DNA of 64,000 nucleotides from Pocillopora damicornis (Eukaryota): NCBI RefSeq assembly GCF_003704095.1, contig NW_020846357.1, positions 682,001 to 746,000 of the forward strand, read 5' to 3'. Shown piece by piece: positions 23,380 to 37,000 of this stretch (position 1 is its first letter; each line of letters starts with the position of its first letter). The notes under the pieces were generated by a model. It saw only the letters and a program-made list of their open reading frames with translations, ran no database searches and was not told where the DNA came from. The position numbers and the translations under genes were made by a program.

Positions 23380-26300
23380 TCAACAAGATACATCTCCTTG
23401 CTGTAGATTCCGCAAGACTCCTCTGCTTCCCACAAAGGCGTTGAAGCAAGCTGAATATCTATTAGGAAAGTTATAGATAAACAGTGATTGATTAATGACG
23501 GATGAACGGACGAACTCACGATGGAACATTTGAGAGAAGTAACCACAGATTGAATTAAAAACTTGACTGGACAACAAGTAACGAAAAACGAATATTTAAA
23601 GAGAAGGCAAATGCGTCGACGGAAAGAGGAATAATGTGTGATGAATAAACGAATACTAAAAGATATGGATTTAGGAAAAGAAAGAAAAAATGACAATTAA
23701 ATGAAAAAATGAATAATGCACGAAAGAATGAATGGATGTATGGAACAAGAGTTGGCTTATTGAAAGAGGATCAGTGTAACTAATCGGTGATATAACCCCT
23801 TCACTTTGTAAATTAAATTCAATCCAAAATGAACTCACGATCGTGTGTTGCTCCTGTCTAATTGCGTTCCGGTCCATCCAGGCTTCATCACAGTAACTTT
23901 GATGAGTTTCCATTTTAACAGCCAGGATAAATACTTCTGCTGTATTTGAATTTTCTGCAAAGCTCCCAGTTTTTTTAATCCAGGCATTACGAAGGTTTCA
24001 TCACTACCGCGCTTCAGACTACGACTGACAATTGAAAAAACAGACTAATCTTTATAAAACAAATGTATTTCCGTCTTAGAGAATATTAAGAAAGTTGTCA
24101 TTGTTATTTTGCGCTAGGTCATACTTCTTAAACTAGGTTTCAATACCTTTGAAGCTGCATGTAATCAGATTCTCCGTTTGATCCAACTAATTTGACGACA
24201 ATGCGAGCCCGAAATAACCCCACTAGCCACGACCAAGACGTCTTAAATGTGATCACGGTGTAATAGGGAACTGCAATAAGAAAATTGAGGTAGAAAGGAG
24301 TGTAAATTTTCTCTGAAAAAATTTGGTCAGCGAAATTGAATAGCGGTTGGAAATTACGACGAACAGTTGTATAGGAGTCGTTTAGTTGGTAGCCTTGTAA
24401 AATTTCGTTTATACACCAATTTTAAGCAAGGGAATGTAATTTGAATCTGAAGAGATGATCTGGGACAGATTCAGTAGGGTTTTTCCGTAAAAATTACTTA
24501 GTATATCTTTTTTATCAAAGAAGAAAGCTACAAAATTAGTAAAACATGACCGATAAGAAACGGCGATGATTTTCGAAGGATGTGAAATTTATTTCAGAAC
24601 ATTCTCCTTCTTGGCCTAGCAATTTTCATAGCTTCCCTTCCTCGGGTCTACGAGGGTCATTCTTTGGTATAATAGCGTCTAGATTATCCGACGCGAACAA
24701 AAGACGATTAACAAGATATTTACCGCAAAATGGTACACTTTTGGTGGTATATAAGAAATGTCTTCCTAGTATTTTACCACTGCCGTCATTGTACTTCTCA
24801 GCGTTATATCCCATATCAGGACAGTCTCCATTTTTGCATTGGAGACAGCGGGCACGATCAAATCCGTTGGAATCACTGCAAGGAAATCCTTTCATGGAAT
24901 GCATGCATTGCTGGGACAGCGAGTAAATGAAGTAATCTGTGGCTCGAAAATGATCGCACAAAAGAGGACTCAGGATACCTGAAAAGAAATATAAATAATT
25001 AATTATAAAGTATTAATAATGGTAATTGAACTAAGTGAAGTACAATTTGAGCTGAAATCATACGCGTGATTTTAAAATCGAACGAGCGCGCAGCGTAAGT
25101 TCGATTTGAAATCACAAGTATAATTTCAGACTAAAATTGCACGACATGAGGTTCAATTATCATTTTATTACATCCACTCTGAAATAGCCCAAATACAGGA
25201 CTTGGTCAGTTCAAATATTTTATTGATGCAGTACTGAGCCGGTTTGAAATTAAATTCATCCATTTTTTGGGGGTAAAAGTAAGAGTTTTGGAAACAAAAG
25301 TTGCAAAATCTACCATGTGGTACTCTCTGTCTTTCACACTTCTGCAATTTGATTGATTACTTTAAACAAGCCTTGAATTCTGAAAAAGATGCGATTTAAA
25401 GCAAAAAATGGTGCGATTCATGAATAAATCGCATCACTTAGAGCCAATCAGATTACAGGGACCACCAGTGATTTCAAAATGGATGTAATAAAGACAGGAA
25501 TTCAACCCATGACAAAAAGCCGATAGCGTAGTAGTATAATCCTGGGGAAGGGACCGATATCGGTGACAAACAACGTTAACAATGACAACTACGTTGTTGC
25601 AGGCCGATTTTCCATAAAATAATCAATGAATCTATCATGCATAATAAATTTATTACCATTACTGATGCTTGCGCAGCCTGTTTGGTCCAATCCTCCGTTA
25701 GGATAAAAGTCCAAATGACCGGAAGTTTGATACAAACCAAAGCGGTCACCGTCTGTGTGGATGGCGTCGACAAAACGAGCATCACTGGGGTCCAGTCTCA
25801 CCAGAGGGTGTGTTGTTGAAAACAGTGGCCCAGCAGGGTCCAGGCCTTCGCAGATTTTGCAAGAAGAAGAAAAATAGCTTTTAGATACGTAAAGTATAAT
25901 AAATAATAAAGAAATAGGTAAATGAATAATTAATTTACGATAAATTAATAATGAATAAATGAATTAGTAATAATCAAAAAAATGAAGAAAGGAATGTAGT
26001 TCTTGCCTTTAACAAGCGATTAGATCATGCGTACTCTATTCCGAACTCACCCGTTATCCTTTCCAATATGAGCCCCTCTTGTTTCAATCTTGTCCCACAA
26101 TACCCAGCGATATGAGAACCAAGGCTAAAGCCTACAACGTGAAATAGCTCCACGGAGCTTTGGGCCTTAGATATTAGGAACTTGATCAGCTCTGCTATCA
26201 TGACGCCTACCAGGCGTGTGTTCCCTGCTGCCTGCACATAGGGTGGAAGGCTACCTGTGTACCAGTCTACTAATATCACATTGCAGTCAAAGTTCCTTAG

Positions 26301-28227
26301 CAAGCCATCTCTTATGTATTCCATCCATTTAGGCCTGATCTCTAAAAGCGTGGCCAAGAATTATAATCATAACAACAAAAAATATATATACATATATATA
26401 TATACAATAATCAAGAAAAGTTACTATTTATATTTCTAAGTTACTAATCTGATATCTCCACCCACCTCCTCCATCATCTCCCCAGTGGGCCATGGCATGA
26501 CCTTCTGTTTCGTTCTAAAAGTATTCTAAAAGTATTCTCCTTGGGACCGGTCATTTGGATGATTTTGGTTGTATTTCGACAAAATTTACATGATCCCTGA
26601 TTAAGGCCCGTCATATTTTTATGATCCACTTTCATAGTTAGTTAATTTTCAGTCAATTTTCCATAATCCCCCTTTACACTCTTTTGGTGATGACTGATTT
26701 CCTTCTGTTTTCCCTTAAAACCGTAAACCGTGTCATCCTCCCCCCCCCCCCTCCGGCTAAAATTCTCTGGCCCCCCCTGGTGATAAATAATGAATGGTCT
26801 CGTAAGCCTTGTCACGGCGACTTTATTACAAAATATCCAATATTCTATTCCCGATTGAGCTGACAAAAGATACAATTTCCTAAGGCCACATAGAAACATT
26901 CTATCATTCTTTTTACAATAGTAAGCTCACCAACATATCCATGGACTATTAAAACGGTCTTTTTCGTTCCATTGTAGTTCGACTGCTGAAGTTTGGTCAC
27001 ATCGTTATCATCGATAAACTGTGGAGTGTCTGGATGTAATCTGGTGTAAAGGCGAAATTTGGGATTGACTACCCAGGGGGGTAGAGGAAGTAGAACGATT
27101 CTATTGAAAGGTGCTTTGTTGCTGTAGCATCCATACCTTCCATAGCACTTTGTACTTTTAGCTAATCCAGGTGCAATAAAAAAAGATATAAAGATGTTGT
27201 CCGTGATGTCAAGAAAGTGGAGGCAGGGAAACATGATTTCTTTCCAAAATCACACTTTTGATTTTGCTTCAGGCTTAAATTAACCATTTTCATTTACATC
27301 ATTATTGCGCTGAAGCATCACATATCGATTTTCCTATTCTGGTAGCAAGCAGGAAGTTTGTCTCTATGGACATAGTTAAACAGCCTAGCCTGCCATGAGT
27401 TTCTCATAGCAGGCTCAGTGGTACAGCATCCGAAGTAATAATCGGAATGTCGTAGGTTTGACTCCTACTGGGAGCAATTAGATCATCATCCTTCATTAGA
27501 AAGAACTCAAGAAAGCTGGGAAACCTAGGCCATGCATCAAATTTTTTTGCTATGATCAGCAGTGCTGAAATATCGTATTTGAAACTTAATAAATAAAACT
27601 GAAGGCAAGCATCCTTCTAAAGCGCCAAGGATATTTAGAAATACACAGCTAAGAGCTATGATTGTATTAAATAAACATATATGAATCTTTTCCGAGGTCA
27701 TTTTGTTTTTCAATCATTCCCTTGTGCCATGAAACACTGTGTTCAATCATGTCTTTGTCTTTTATTTTAGCTTTAACATATCCTTTACTGTTATTCTTTA
27801 TCGTTATTATTATTGTACATATTTTATTGTTCATCTTTCTTCCAATTAAACGCATTTATACTGGGCTGAAGTCTCATCGGCGAATTTTCAAACATCAAAG
27901 CAACGCTTATGAACCCAATACTTCACTTTGAGTACATAAACGGAGAGTTTGGTCGATATAAACCTGGGCAGCCATGTTTTAGATGAGATCTAACTTTTTT
28001 ACGAGGACTAAATTGTCTTCTCCGAACACAATGTAAGCGTGCTCATAGAATAGAAGAACTAGATTGTTAAGGAAAAGTATATATACACTTACCCTCAGCT
28101 GCGTTATTACGCTTTGTGCAAAATAGCTTAGAAAAGGGAAAAAACACACGTCTGAATTTTATAGTTACTACTCACCGCCCGTCAACCCTGCTAGTATGAA
28201 GGTGATTATAAATAGAAAAGCGCTCAT
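23380..28227 (-). CDS. Pancreatic lipase-related protein (lipase A) with C-terminal PLAT domain, 8 exons, ~468 aa
   Basis: Exons 28176-28227, 26931-27161, 26051-26341, 25657-25845, 24724-24978, 24147-24270, 23839-24024, 23380-23458 (1407 nt). Signal peptide, [23 protein letters not shown] (Ser), ITGLDPAGP (Asp), [20 protein letters not shown] (His), then a PLAT-like beta domain. Confidence 0.92.
25017..25491. mobile_element. Composite MITE-like insertion: ~150-bp imperfect hairpin followed by an element with ~21-bp terminal inverted repeats
   Basis: 25017-25165 is self-complementary around gagcgcgcagcgtaag; ttattacatccactctgaaat (25165) is inverted to atttcaaaatggatgtaataa (25471-25491). Confidence 0.7.
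26543..26801. mobile_element. Degenerate MITE-like element with a poly-C tract
   Basis: gggaccggtcattt ... ccccctggtgataaataatgaatggtctc imperfect inverted ends; the same terminus (gtcattatttatcacctgg + G-run) occurs at 31272-31307. Confidence 0.45.
27357..27480 (+). mobile_element. tRNA-derived SINE fragment
   Basis: tagcaggctcagtggtacagcatccga...tcggaatgtcgtaggtttgactcctact: A-box, anticodon-like stem and degenerate B-box. Confidence 0.5.
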
Positions 28228-30087
28228 TACTTTCGTCCCACAGTGGCTTTGATGCAATAGTGGTTCCTGATTGACTTACTGTGATTCACAAATGAACTCT
28301 GCTACAAAAGTAATCTTATTTTGAACTACTGTATCAAAGAAAGACCTCAGCTGTGCAAACTAACAAAATTGATTGTTTTAACAATAAAAAACTAATTCTT
28401 AACTCAGTAGGAGATATTGTTTGATTTTCGTTTCCGTTACGTCACTAGGTGTGAGAGGTTTTGAAAACTTAATCTTTTTGTTCCAATCAGGAAAAGAGAA
28501 ATATAGAAATTAGAAATATGTCCAAACGTTCAGAGGAAGTTTTTCCCTAACATTTCGTCTTAATTCTGGAACCAACAATCCTTTCATAATTTTTCTTTAT
28601 ACAATCGTATTTGTGATGTTTCAGTTGCTTATTTGACGCTTTATGCAAACTGATTTCGATCTCATTCCACTTTCATCCAACCGCCATCTCGGCCTATTAA
28701 ATCGCTTCTCTGTTTACTGTCGATTTTTGGAGAGGTTAATTTTCAGTCGGGGAAATCAATAATAAAATTCAAAATCAAACTTCCTCCTGTAATCTATTTG
28801 ATCAGCTTAAAAACGTAAATATTCCGAAATAACAAGAGCGCATTTCATAAATCTTTTTTCGATAGGCCTGTAATGTATCGATTTTACTTACCTTCATAAA
28901 AATATTTTATTTTACAAGAAGCGGACATATCATTATTTCTTTATTTACTGAGTCAAGGCATGTCTGTATATAACTATCGGGTGAACACCGAGCCGAGACG
29001 TCTTAATCGGATGGAAAGTAAAGCAAGCTATATATCAGCACTGATGCTCAACAAAGCACGACGCACTCTCTCAAAGTCGAAACAGCTGAGTAATCATTAT
29101 CCTCAGGCTGGCTCAGAAATGAAATTGTCTGACACTTGCGCATAATGAAACTATTTTATCTTCCTTATCCTTCTCTTTATGTTGGGGGCTTTTCAGTTCT
29201 AGCAGGTTTTATCCGTCTGCTTCTTTTTTACTTTGCTTTTTACCTCACTCTTTGACTAGAAAAAAAGGTTGATTTGTCGAATTCATCAGTATCGAGACGA
29301 GACACTTATCATTGAATTGGGTGTCATCTGAACTCTGGTTTGGAGATAGTAGTAGCTTTTGTTGTTTTAAGTTTATGTTATATCGTCAGTGTTTTAATGA
29401 TAGGCTCTTTGCAGCAGACAATAGAGCGCTGGCAAAATTTGAAAGGTCAGGAGTTGTCTATCGCAGCAAAGTGTTTCGTGACCTTTACCTTTGGCCCCCC
29501 CGATATTTCCATCAAAACAGAGTTTCGGCCATGGTCTAATTTGAATACCCGCCTGTTCGAATCCTCAAGTTTACATTGAAAAAAGAAAAAGCAAAGACAA
29601 AAACAACAAAAAAACAAAAAACAAAACAGATGTAAATCCTTATCGCATTTTTTGACCGCAGTGGCAATTTATTTTGTTTCTTAGCTAGAACCGTGGCCCC
29701 CAAATATTTTTCTCACCTTGCCCTAAGAAAGTTTTCAAAAACAGTTTCACAATTTCGCCTTTCCTGTTCGTAAATCCGGTCAAGCCTTTAAGGTTATTGT
29801 CCCACGCTATAACTGGTTACTAAGGCCTATAAACACAGACGTTTAGTGTTTACTTCCTGAAGAAGTTTACGACAGCTAGACAATACGCGTTGCAGAATAA
29901 ACAAGTTTTACAACGACTGTTCGCAAAGTGCTGCTCACTAGTTTAGTTTTAATGAGTTGTTTAAAAAATTATTTCAAAAAATTGTTTAAACCACCACAAC
30001 AACATAATTGTATTTCCCTATCCATCATAGAAGCAGCAGAATTTCCTCATCAGTGAATTACACAGCATTCTTGTCTTTGGAGATACT

Positions 30088-33000
30088 TTAGTTCAACCCT
30101 GTGGAGCATAGAAGATTACGACACAAGTTACTTAAAAATACTTTTAAATTTAAATTGCGAAGGTCTGTATCCTTAGCTAGCGCATACATTTTAAATTTCG
30201 AAATCAAAGTGATATGGTTAAACCATAAATCTTAGACGATGTACTTCTAAACATTTTCTGAAGACCCAGAGGAATAAATGAGGCCTACATACCGCAGAAA
30301 GGAGATTTGCTGGTCGTCTTAAGGTAAAATTTTCCTCTTCGTTCTGTTTGGTCAGCCAAGTATCCCACAATGGGACATTCCCCCTTGCATGTCAAACACC
30401 TTCCTTTCTCAAAGTCAGAATAACTTGCACATGGATACGCCCTCCAGGAGCAATCAGGTTTGTCTGACGCTGAAACAACTGATGCAATATAGTACTCTGT
30501 AGCTCTCATGTGGTCACAGGCGAGAGCCTTCAACACGTCTGGAGAAAATTGAGCCCAAAATTGCTTTAGTTTTCGTTAACTTGCGATGTGATTATTAAAA
30601 AGAAAACTGCCACTTTATTAGACTGACTGAAATCAGTAATCTATGCCGATTACACTCCACAGAAATATGTGCAAAGTTCAATTTTAAGACGTTTTTTGCC
30701 ATGTTCGAACTTATATCTTATACTTGAGTAAAAGCCCTGTTTTTTGTTATCTAGAGCTGCGTATATTTGAGGTTGGTGTCAACTAGTAATTTTCGTTTCG
30801 CCTACTACCTGACCACTAGGCTTAATCCTGGACAGCTTTTTCAAATCAAAAAGGCCAGTGAACAAGCGCGCAAAGTCGCGTGGGTAAACACACTTGGTTA
30901 GTTTAACTTTTTCGTCTTGTGGCAAGAAGTGTGAACAAATACTTAGATTTCTTAACGAGAAGAGTGAAAATAATCATGTGATTTGCTTTTTATGACTCAT
31001 TTACGTACCGAGCCCAAACCAATGGTGCTTACAACCAGGCTGATTTTTTCCTCCATTTGGATAAAAGTCCGTATGACCTGTCACTTTATCTGTCCCGGCG
31101 GCATCCATGTCAGTGTGTATGACGTCAACGTACACAGCGTCACTTGGATCGAGCCGGTAGTTAACGCCAGCGTTCCTAAAAAAGGGATTAGCTGGATCTA
31201 ATCCTGTGAAGAGAAATAATCAACGCGTTCAGGTCAAAGATCTTGAGAGCATTTATTAGCAAGCTTTCAAAGTCATTATTTATCACCTGGCTGAGGGAGG
31301 GGGGGGGNNNNNNNNNNNNNNNNNNNNNNNNNNNNNNNNNNNNNNNNNNNNNNNNNNNNNNNNNNNNNNNNNNNNNNNNNNNNNNNNNNNNNNNNNNNNN
31401 NNNNNNNNNNNNNNNNNNNNNNNNNNNNNNNNNNNNNCCCCCCCCCCCCAGCTAATTAACGACATAGTTTTCCTTTCCTTGGCTGATCTACCAGATATAT
31501 CAATTGAAAAAATTATTTAACTAATAAAAATTTCCCATAAATTCAATTTACTTTATTAACCTTCTGTCCGATTTTTTTCTGGAATACTCGACCATGAAAT
31601 GCGAGGGCCAAAAAGTGACTTATTCTCCACTGAGGATTCAAAACAACGTTAAGGGCGGAATCTAAAGGCCAAAATGCCCTCACCTTGCGCACTGCGTTTG
31701 TAAATGTAAATATGGTCTGAAAATTCAGTCAGCAAGACGGTTTCTGGCGTAATTATGGGAACTTATTTCAGCAGCGAAGGTTTTCGTTGGGAGTTTAATG
31801 CATGTCATTATCTAAAACAATTTTTTTTGTCAAAACGTACCTGTAATGCGACCAAGCGACATCTCGGCTTTATTCCACAAATAACTCCCAGCATACCCCG
31901 CGGCCTGGGCACCAAGGCTAAATCCCACAATATAGAACTTCTTGGCTAAGTCAGGTGGCGCAGACTCACTAGAAATCAGGAACCTTATCAGCTCTGCTAC
32001 CTGAGCCCCTACCAGTCGAGTGTTCCCTGCAGCCTGAAGGTAGCCCTTTAAGACATCAACGCTTGGTTGGTTTTTTGCTCCTTCAGACCAGTCTACCAAT
32101 ATCACATTACAGTCTTCTCGTTTTAGGAGGGCACCTTTCAGTTGCTCCGCCCAGGTATTTTTACTTTCTATATAATATATAGAAAGTACAATAAAATGTT
32201 ATAAAAAGGTTTTTAAAATTTGCGATAACGTTTCGTTATGAATAAATTGACTTAAAAAACAAATGAAATTAAGCGAAACAAGCAGCAAACGAAGCAAAAC
32301 ATCTGAAAGACAAAACCAGAAAGAAACCAAAACAAAAATAAAAAATAGCCATATATCGAATCACATACCTATCTATGGAATCATTCACTTCTTTTCAAAA
32401 TAATTTGTTTGTGCCTTAACTCTTGGCTTCTATGCATGTATGTCAGAATTTGTTTATTATTTGCAGTAAAAAGTTCGGCCGATAAGTGTGGTTCGACACA
32501 TTTCCTTTTGCGTACGCGGTTTGGGCACTCATAGATACTCACCACCGAAACCGTGAATTACGAATATCGTGCGTCGCGAGATATGGAAGTCTGAGGCCTT
32601 CAGTTTGTTATAATCTTCATCATCAACTGTCCAAGAGCCACCTCTGGTAAACAAGTGAAATGTTGTGCCAACAGTGGATGGAGATTCTGGCAAACTTGGA
32701 CGGCGGAAGAAGACACCCCATCGAACTTTTGGCTGTTCCTCAAACGGGCCGTATTTTCCATAATTGTCCTCTTTCGGCGTATTGTTCAGTACGAATCCTA
32801 CAGTGTTTAAATTAAGGTGATTTGATGTTACCTACAAGCCTCACGGTCCATCTGGACGGCGCCTATCTTGGTTTCTGCAGCATTAGTCATAAGTTCGCTG
32901 GTAGCCATTAAATCATACTCCTTTGCTTAAGTGTTGATTTTGACGATATACTTTTGGTGCTATTGATTTGAAAATGCTTGTATGAGACGCTAAAGGGGGG

Positions 33001-34029
33001 TGACAAATCACGTACGCTCCCTAATGACCGCCAGTATGTTTTAGAACTCAGTGCGGGGAGCCTAAAGAATAACTTTTTCGCACAAAGAGCAACCTCGATC
33101 TCGTGGGCGTAATTCTAGTGAATATAAAGAAGAAGCTGTTCCGCAATTACTAACAACAAAGCATCCAAAAGCTCGTTGCCAATGCTGACGCGAACTTTAA
33201 TTATAAACTACGTGGGAGAAGATTTAATTGCTCAAGATATTTTCAAAGTGGACAGGAAATCCATATCGCACGTCTAGAATATTCCGAGGTGTCTTAATTG
33301 TCCTGAAATAAATCCCATAACTTGTCTCAATTAAGTGTAGAGTAGGATATTCTAAAAGTGTTTTAAGACGAGACTCGGTTACATATGCAAATTAACTCAA
33401 CTTCAGATGCAAATCAACTCAAAAGTTTGGAAAAGAAGTTGATGTGTTCATTGCTTAAAGTGAACCTTTCGAATACAGGGTCATGTCGAGCCATTAAGAC
33501 CTTGTCCTTTGCTCGAAATGAAGGCCAAGGAGAGAAAAACAAGTTGTTTGATAAATTTGCGTGTAACATTCGGTCCATGCTAAGATATCATAGAAACCTA
33601 CCGACAATCTGTTTGAAGCACACAACACAATAGGGTATATTGTGATGTAAAAGCATAACCCAATATGAGATGAAAATGTGCACAAACACTAAAAGAAATA
33701 CAGCTGCAATATTGATAATGCCTACTTGCATGCTAATGATCAATGTTGTTTGTATGTGTTTCTGTGATATCGAACCAGCCTCCCCTGATTCCAAAGGGTC
33801 TATTTGATTCCATTTCACATTTCATTTCACTTTCTTTTGACCGTGTAACTCGTCTTTTATATAATCTATCAAGAATCTTTGAATTTTAGGCAAATAATTA
33901 TCCTCTCAGAAAGTGAATGGTGGTCATTTGAGAGAATGCGAACTCTTAATAGCCGCAAAAGTACCACTTACCACGTGTTGCTGCAGTTAGCATTACGAAG
34001 AAGACGATGCTGACTTTTTCCGCTGACAT
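30088..34029 (-). CDS. Pancreatic lipase-related protein (lipase B), catalytic domain only, ~363 aa
   Basis: Exons 33972-34029, 32543-32797, 31841-32167, 31009-31203, 30293-30538 and probably 30088-30098 (GLN*); otherwise it stops at 30285 if the last intron is retained. Signal peptide, VIHGF, GFSLG, ITGLDPA, VDVIHTD, DFYPNGG, CDH; intron positions shared with lipase A. Confidence 0.9.
31308..31437. other. Assembly gap flanked by poly-G and poly-C
   Basis: N run inside a lipase B intron. Confidence 0.99.
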
Positions 34030-37000
34030 TTCACCTTTGTTTCGGGTGACACTCTCGTTTTTCGTGGTGTCCACTTACGTGAAAGTTATTCGCACGGTGC
34101 AGTCAAGAGAACGTTAATGAATGTGGGACCAGACAACTGGAACATTTATGAATGTTTTGACGTCTATTGTATCACACCTGGTATGACAAGCCAATGAGAA
34201 TGAAGAAGAAAATCATCTCGGATCGATTTCGATTACCGATGAAATCCGAGTTTACCCGATGTCGCGTTCGTGATGAAGGCTCTAGAAAGGAACACGTTCG
34301 GTTTCGCTCATGAATTTTTACGAGTGTTAAGAAATTTACTGGTTGCTAGCATATATTAGAGATTCCAAAGCCTTGTTTAAAAGTGAACTATTCTGTAAAA
34401 CCTCTTTCACTCTCGTTCTTAGTGGTGACTACTTATTCGTGTGGTACAATCAGGATATTGTCATTGAAAACAGAATCAGCAGATTCATGGATGTTTTAAA
34501 GTCACCCATAATACATGCAGCATAAATGGCGACTATTATGTAAATGTATCTAATTTGGAGCTATCTTTGGTTTAATTGAATACTTGTTGAAAATGTATAA
34601 TTTAGAAGAATAGCTCAGTCCTTATTGTAACAGTGCTTTGTAAATTCGCCGATTCACTTTCACTAGTTGGTATTTTCAGAATAGTTTTTTCTTTCTTTTG
34701 TTTGTATTTGTATGTACACCTTGTTGGTCTAAATAATGTTTGGATAGTGAAGAGCAAGGTGGTAAAATAGAACGTTGTAGTGGTCGAGTACAAACAGAAA
34801 GAAAGTTTCTTGCAAGATGCACAACCACTGCTGCAAATCATCAGTAGAGAGAATCCTGCTAAGAACTCCGCACACACAGCCCCATACTGCTGTAAAACAA
34901 AGCCGAAGTCTCAGAGGCAATCTATTGTTTATGCCATTGTTTTCTTATCCAAAAACTGTATGCGTAATTTAATAAAAATACGGGGCCTTGCAGAAATCTT
35001 AATACTTGATTCACGACAAAAACTTGTTTTTCGAGGAAAGCAGTGTACAAGAAAGAGAAGCCACATGGAAAAGATGTCAATACACAAGCAATAGTGAACT
35101 TTTATTTGATCGATTGAGAACTTTAATTGGTGCGAGATGGAAGTTCATGAAAAAGACCACTTTGCTGTAGGCTACGTTGGTTGTTCTGATATGGAAGTGA
35201 AGTGTTCCTTGGTAAAAATTATTTTTCCGTGTAAGAATCTTTTTCCCTGCAACGAGTCGGAAAAATTCTCGAATATTTGTATGATCGCAGCAATAAATTA
35301 AGCCCTAGCGACTTGCCTGCCCCACTGAAAGTATTGCCTGTCACAGTTGTAAATTGTCCGCACAGTGTTTCCCGACTTCTGTGCTTCAATGTCGTCAAAG
35401 TCCCCCTCCCTTCCCTACTTAGCCTCAAACATATCATGCAGAGTTATTTACCCAAATTTTTCAATCAAAACAGGAATGAACCCATAGCGTAATATTTTAC
35501 TCATTCTAAATGCCTGCCTGTCCGATTGCTCAATAAATTCTACATTGAAAAAAGCAACAAAAACCCATATCGCATCTTATTTCCTTAAATGTGAATGTTA
35601 CAGTGAGGCAACTAAAAACCTGTTTTACTTAATATCTCTATCTGAAATAAAGCACTTCAGGGTCTGTGCTTCGTAAAAGTCGACCTAAAAAAAACTAAAC
35701 CACGAAAACAACAGATATATAATTCTCTATGCACCATAGTTGTAGGAACAGAGTTTCTTCAGCAGTGAATGGCACAGTATTTTCATCCTCGGAGATGTTT
35801 TAGTTCAACCCTGGGAACCATGAAAGAATGCAAAACAAAAATTTTAGAGTGCGTTGATATGTACGCCATTCAACGTCAGGTTGCTGTTGGAAAGGGCCGT
35901 ATTTTCCATACTGTTCCCCCGAAAATAACCCAACTGCAAAAATTATTGTCAGGCAGTCATTTTGCGGCACATATCCCATTATGTTTCATTCTGTGACCAA
36001 TCATAGGCTTCATCTTAGACCCTTTCGGTCAAATGTAATTTTTGCGATCCCAATTGAGCCGATCAAGTTGTTAAAAATCTAAACATCAGTATGGAATACG
36101 GTATAACTTTTTTAACCAGGAATCTTCCCATTTTTAAATCCCAACTTACAAAGAATTTCTTAACCCCAAAATCCTGAAAGTGTGTAACTTCATTCTAGAT
36201 ATATTCTGTGAGGGGACGTAATTCATTTTTTTTTAATATTCATGAAGAAATTTAGCAAAGAAGCTGAACAGAGAAACAGTGTGGTCCCGTTTATGCAAAG
36301 GAATAAATTTATTCAAAGGGAGGGACCCCCTTGTTGTTTCCCCCCACGTGTTGCAACGAGGTTTTAGTCCTTCCTTCATCTCGATCGGATACTCTCAAAA
36401 TTGAAATTTTAATTTGGCCAAAATAAAAGTTAAGAAGCTGTTTCGCAGTTTTAAAACAATATAACCTATGAGGTCATTGCTTATTAGATTGCTGATGTTA
36501 GCTTCAATTTCAATTTAGTTTTCTATGAAAAACATTAATGCTTAATCTAAACTCTTTTCAACCAAATAATTATTTGGGTTTATCTTAATAAAAAAAAAGT
36601 GCGAAAACACAAGAGAGACTTAAATCAAAGGGGAATGGGGGAGGGAATTCTATGCGGACGTAACTATGGTTTACTCACAAAGAGCGACCTAGGAGATATT
36701 GCTAGAGAAATGTTAATGGTAAAACTCTTTCTTTTAGCTCTGATTCTTAAGTAATTGAAAAATAATCTATATGAAGGGGCATTTGAATATGAAAGAGTCT
36801 GATCTCTAATTACAGTACAAGAGAAAAAAAAGGGGCTTTAGTTGGTTGCCACTTAAAATGCGGATGATAGCTTCCATCAGAAAATAAGAGACGATGCCAC
36901 TGTTCAAGTTCTCTCTAACCAGAACAGGGAACAGAACATAAGTCATATGCATGGGCATCAAACACAAAGCCTCTGCTTTACGTTAAAATTTATAACTTGT

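Noticed and set aside
35308-35420. Possible minus-strand coding exon (EGDFDDIEAQKSG...) with a GC donor
   Set aside because: No recognisable homology, no clear acceptor and no partner exons.
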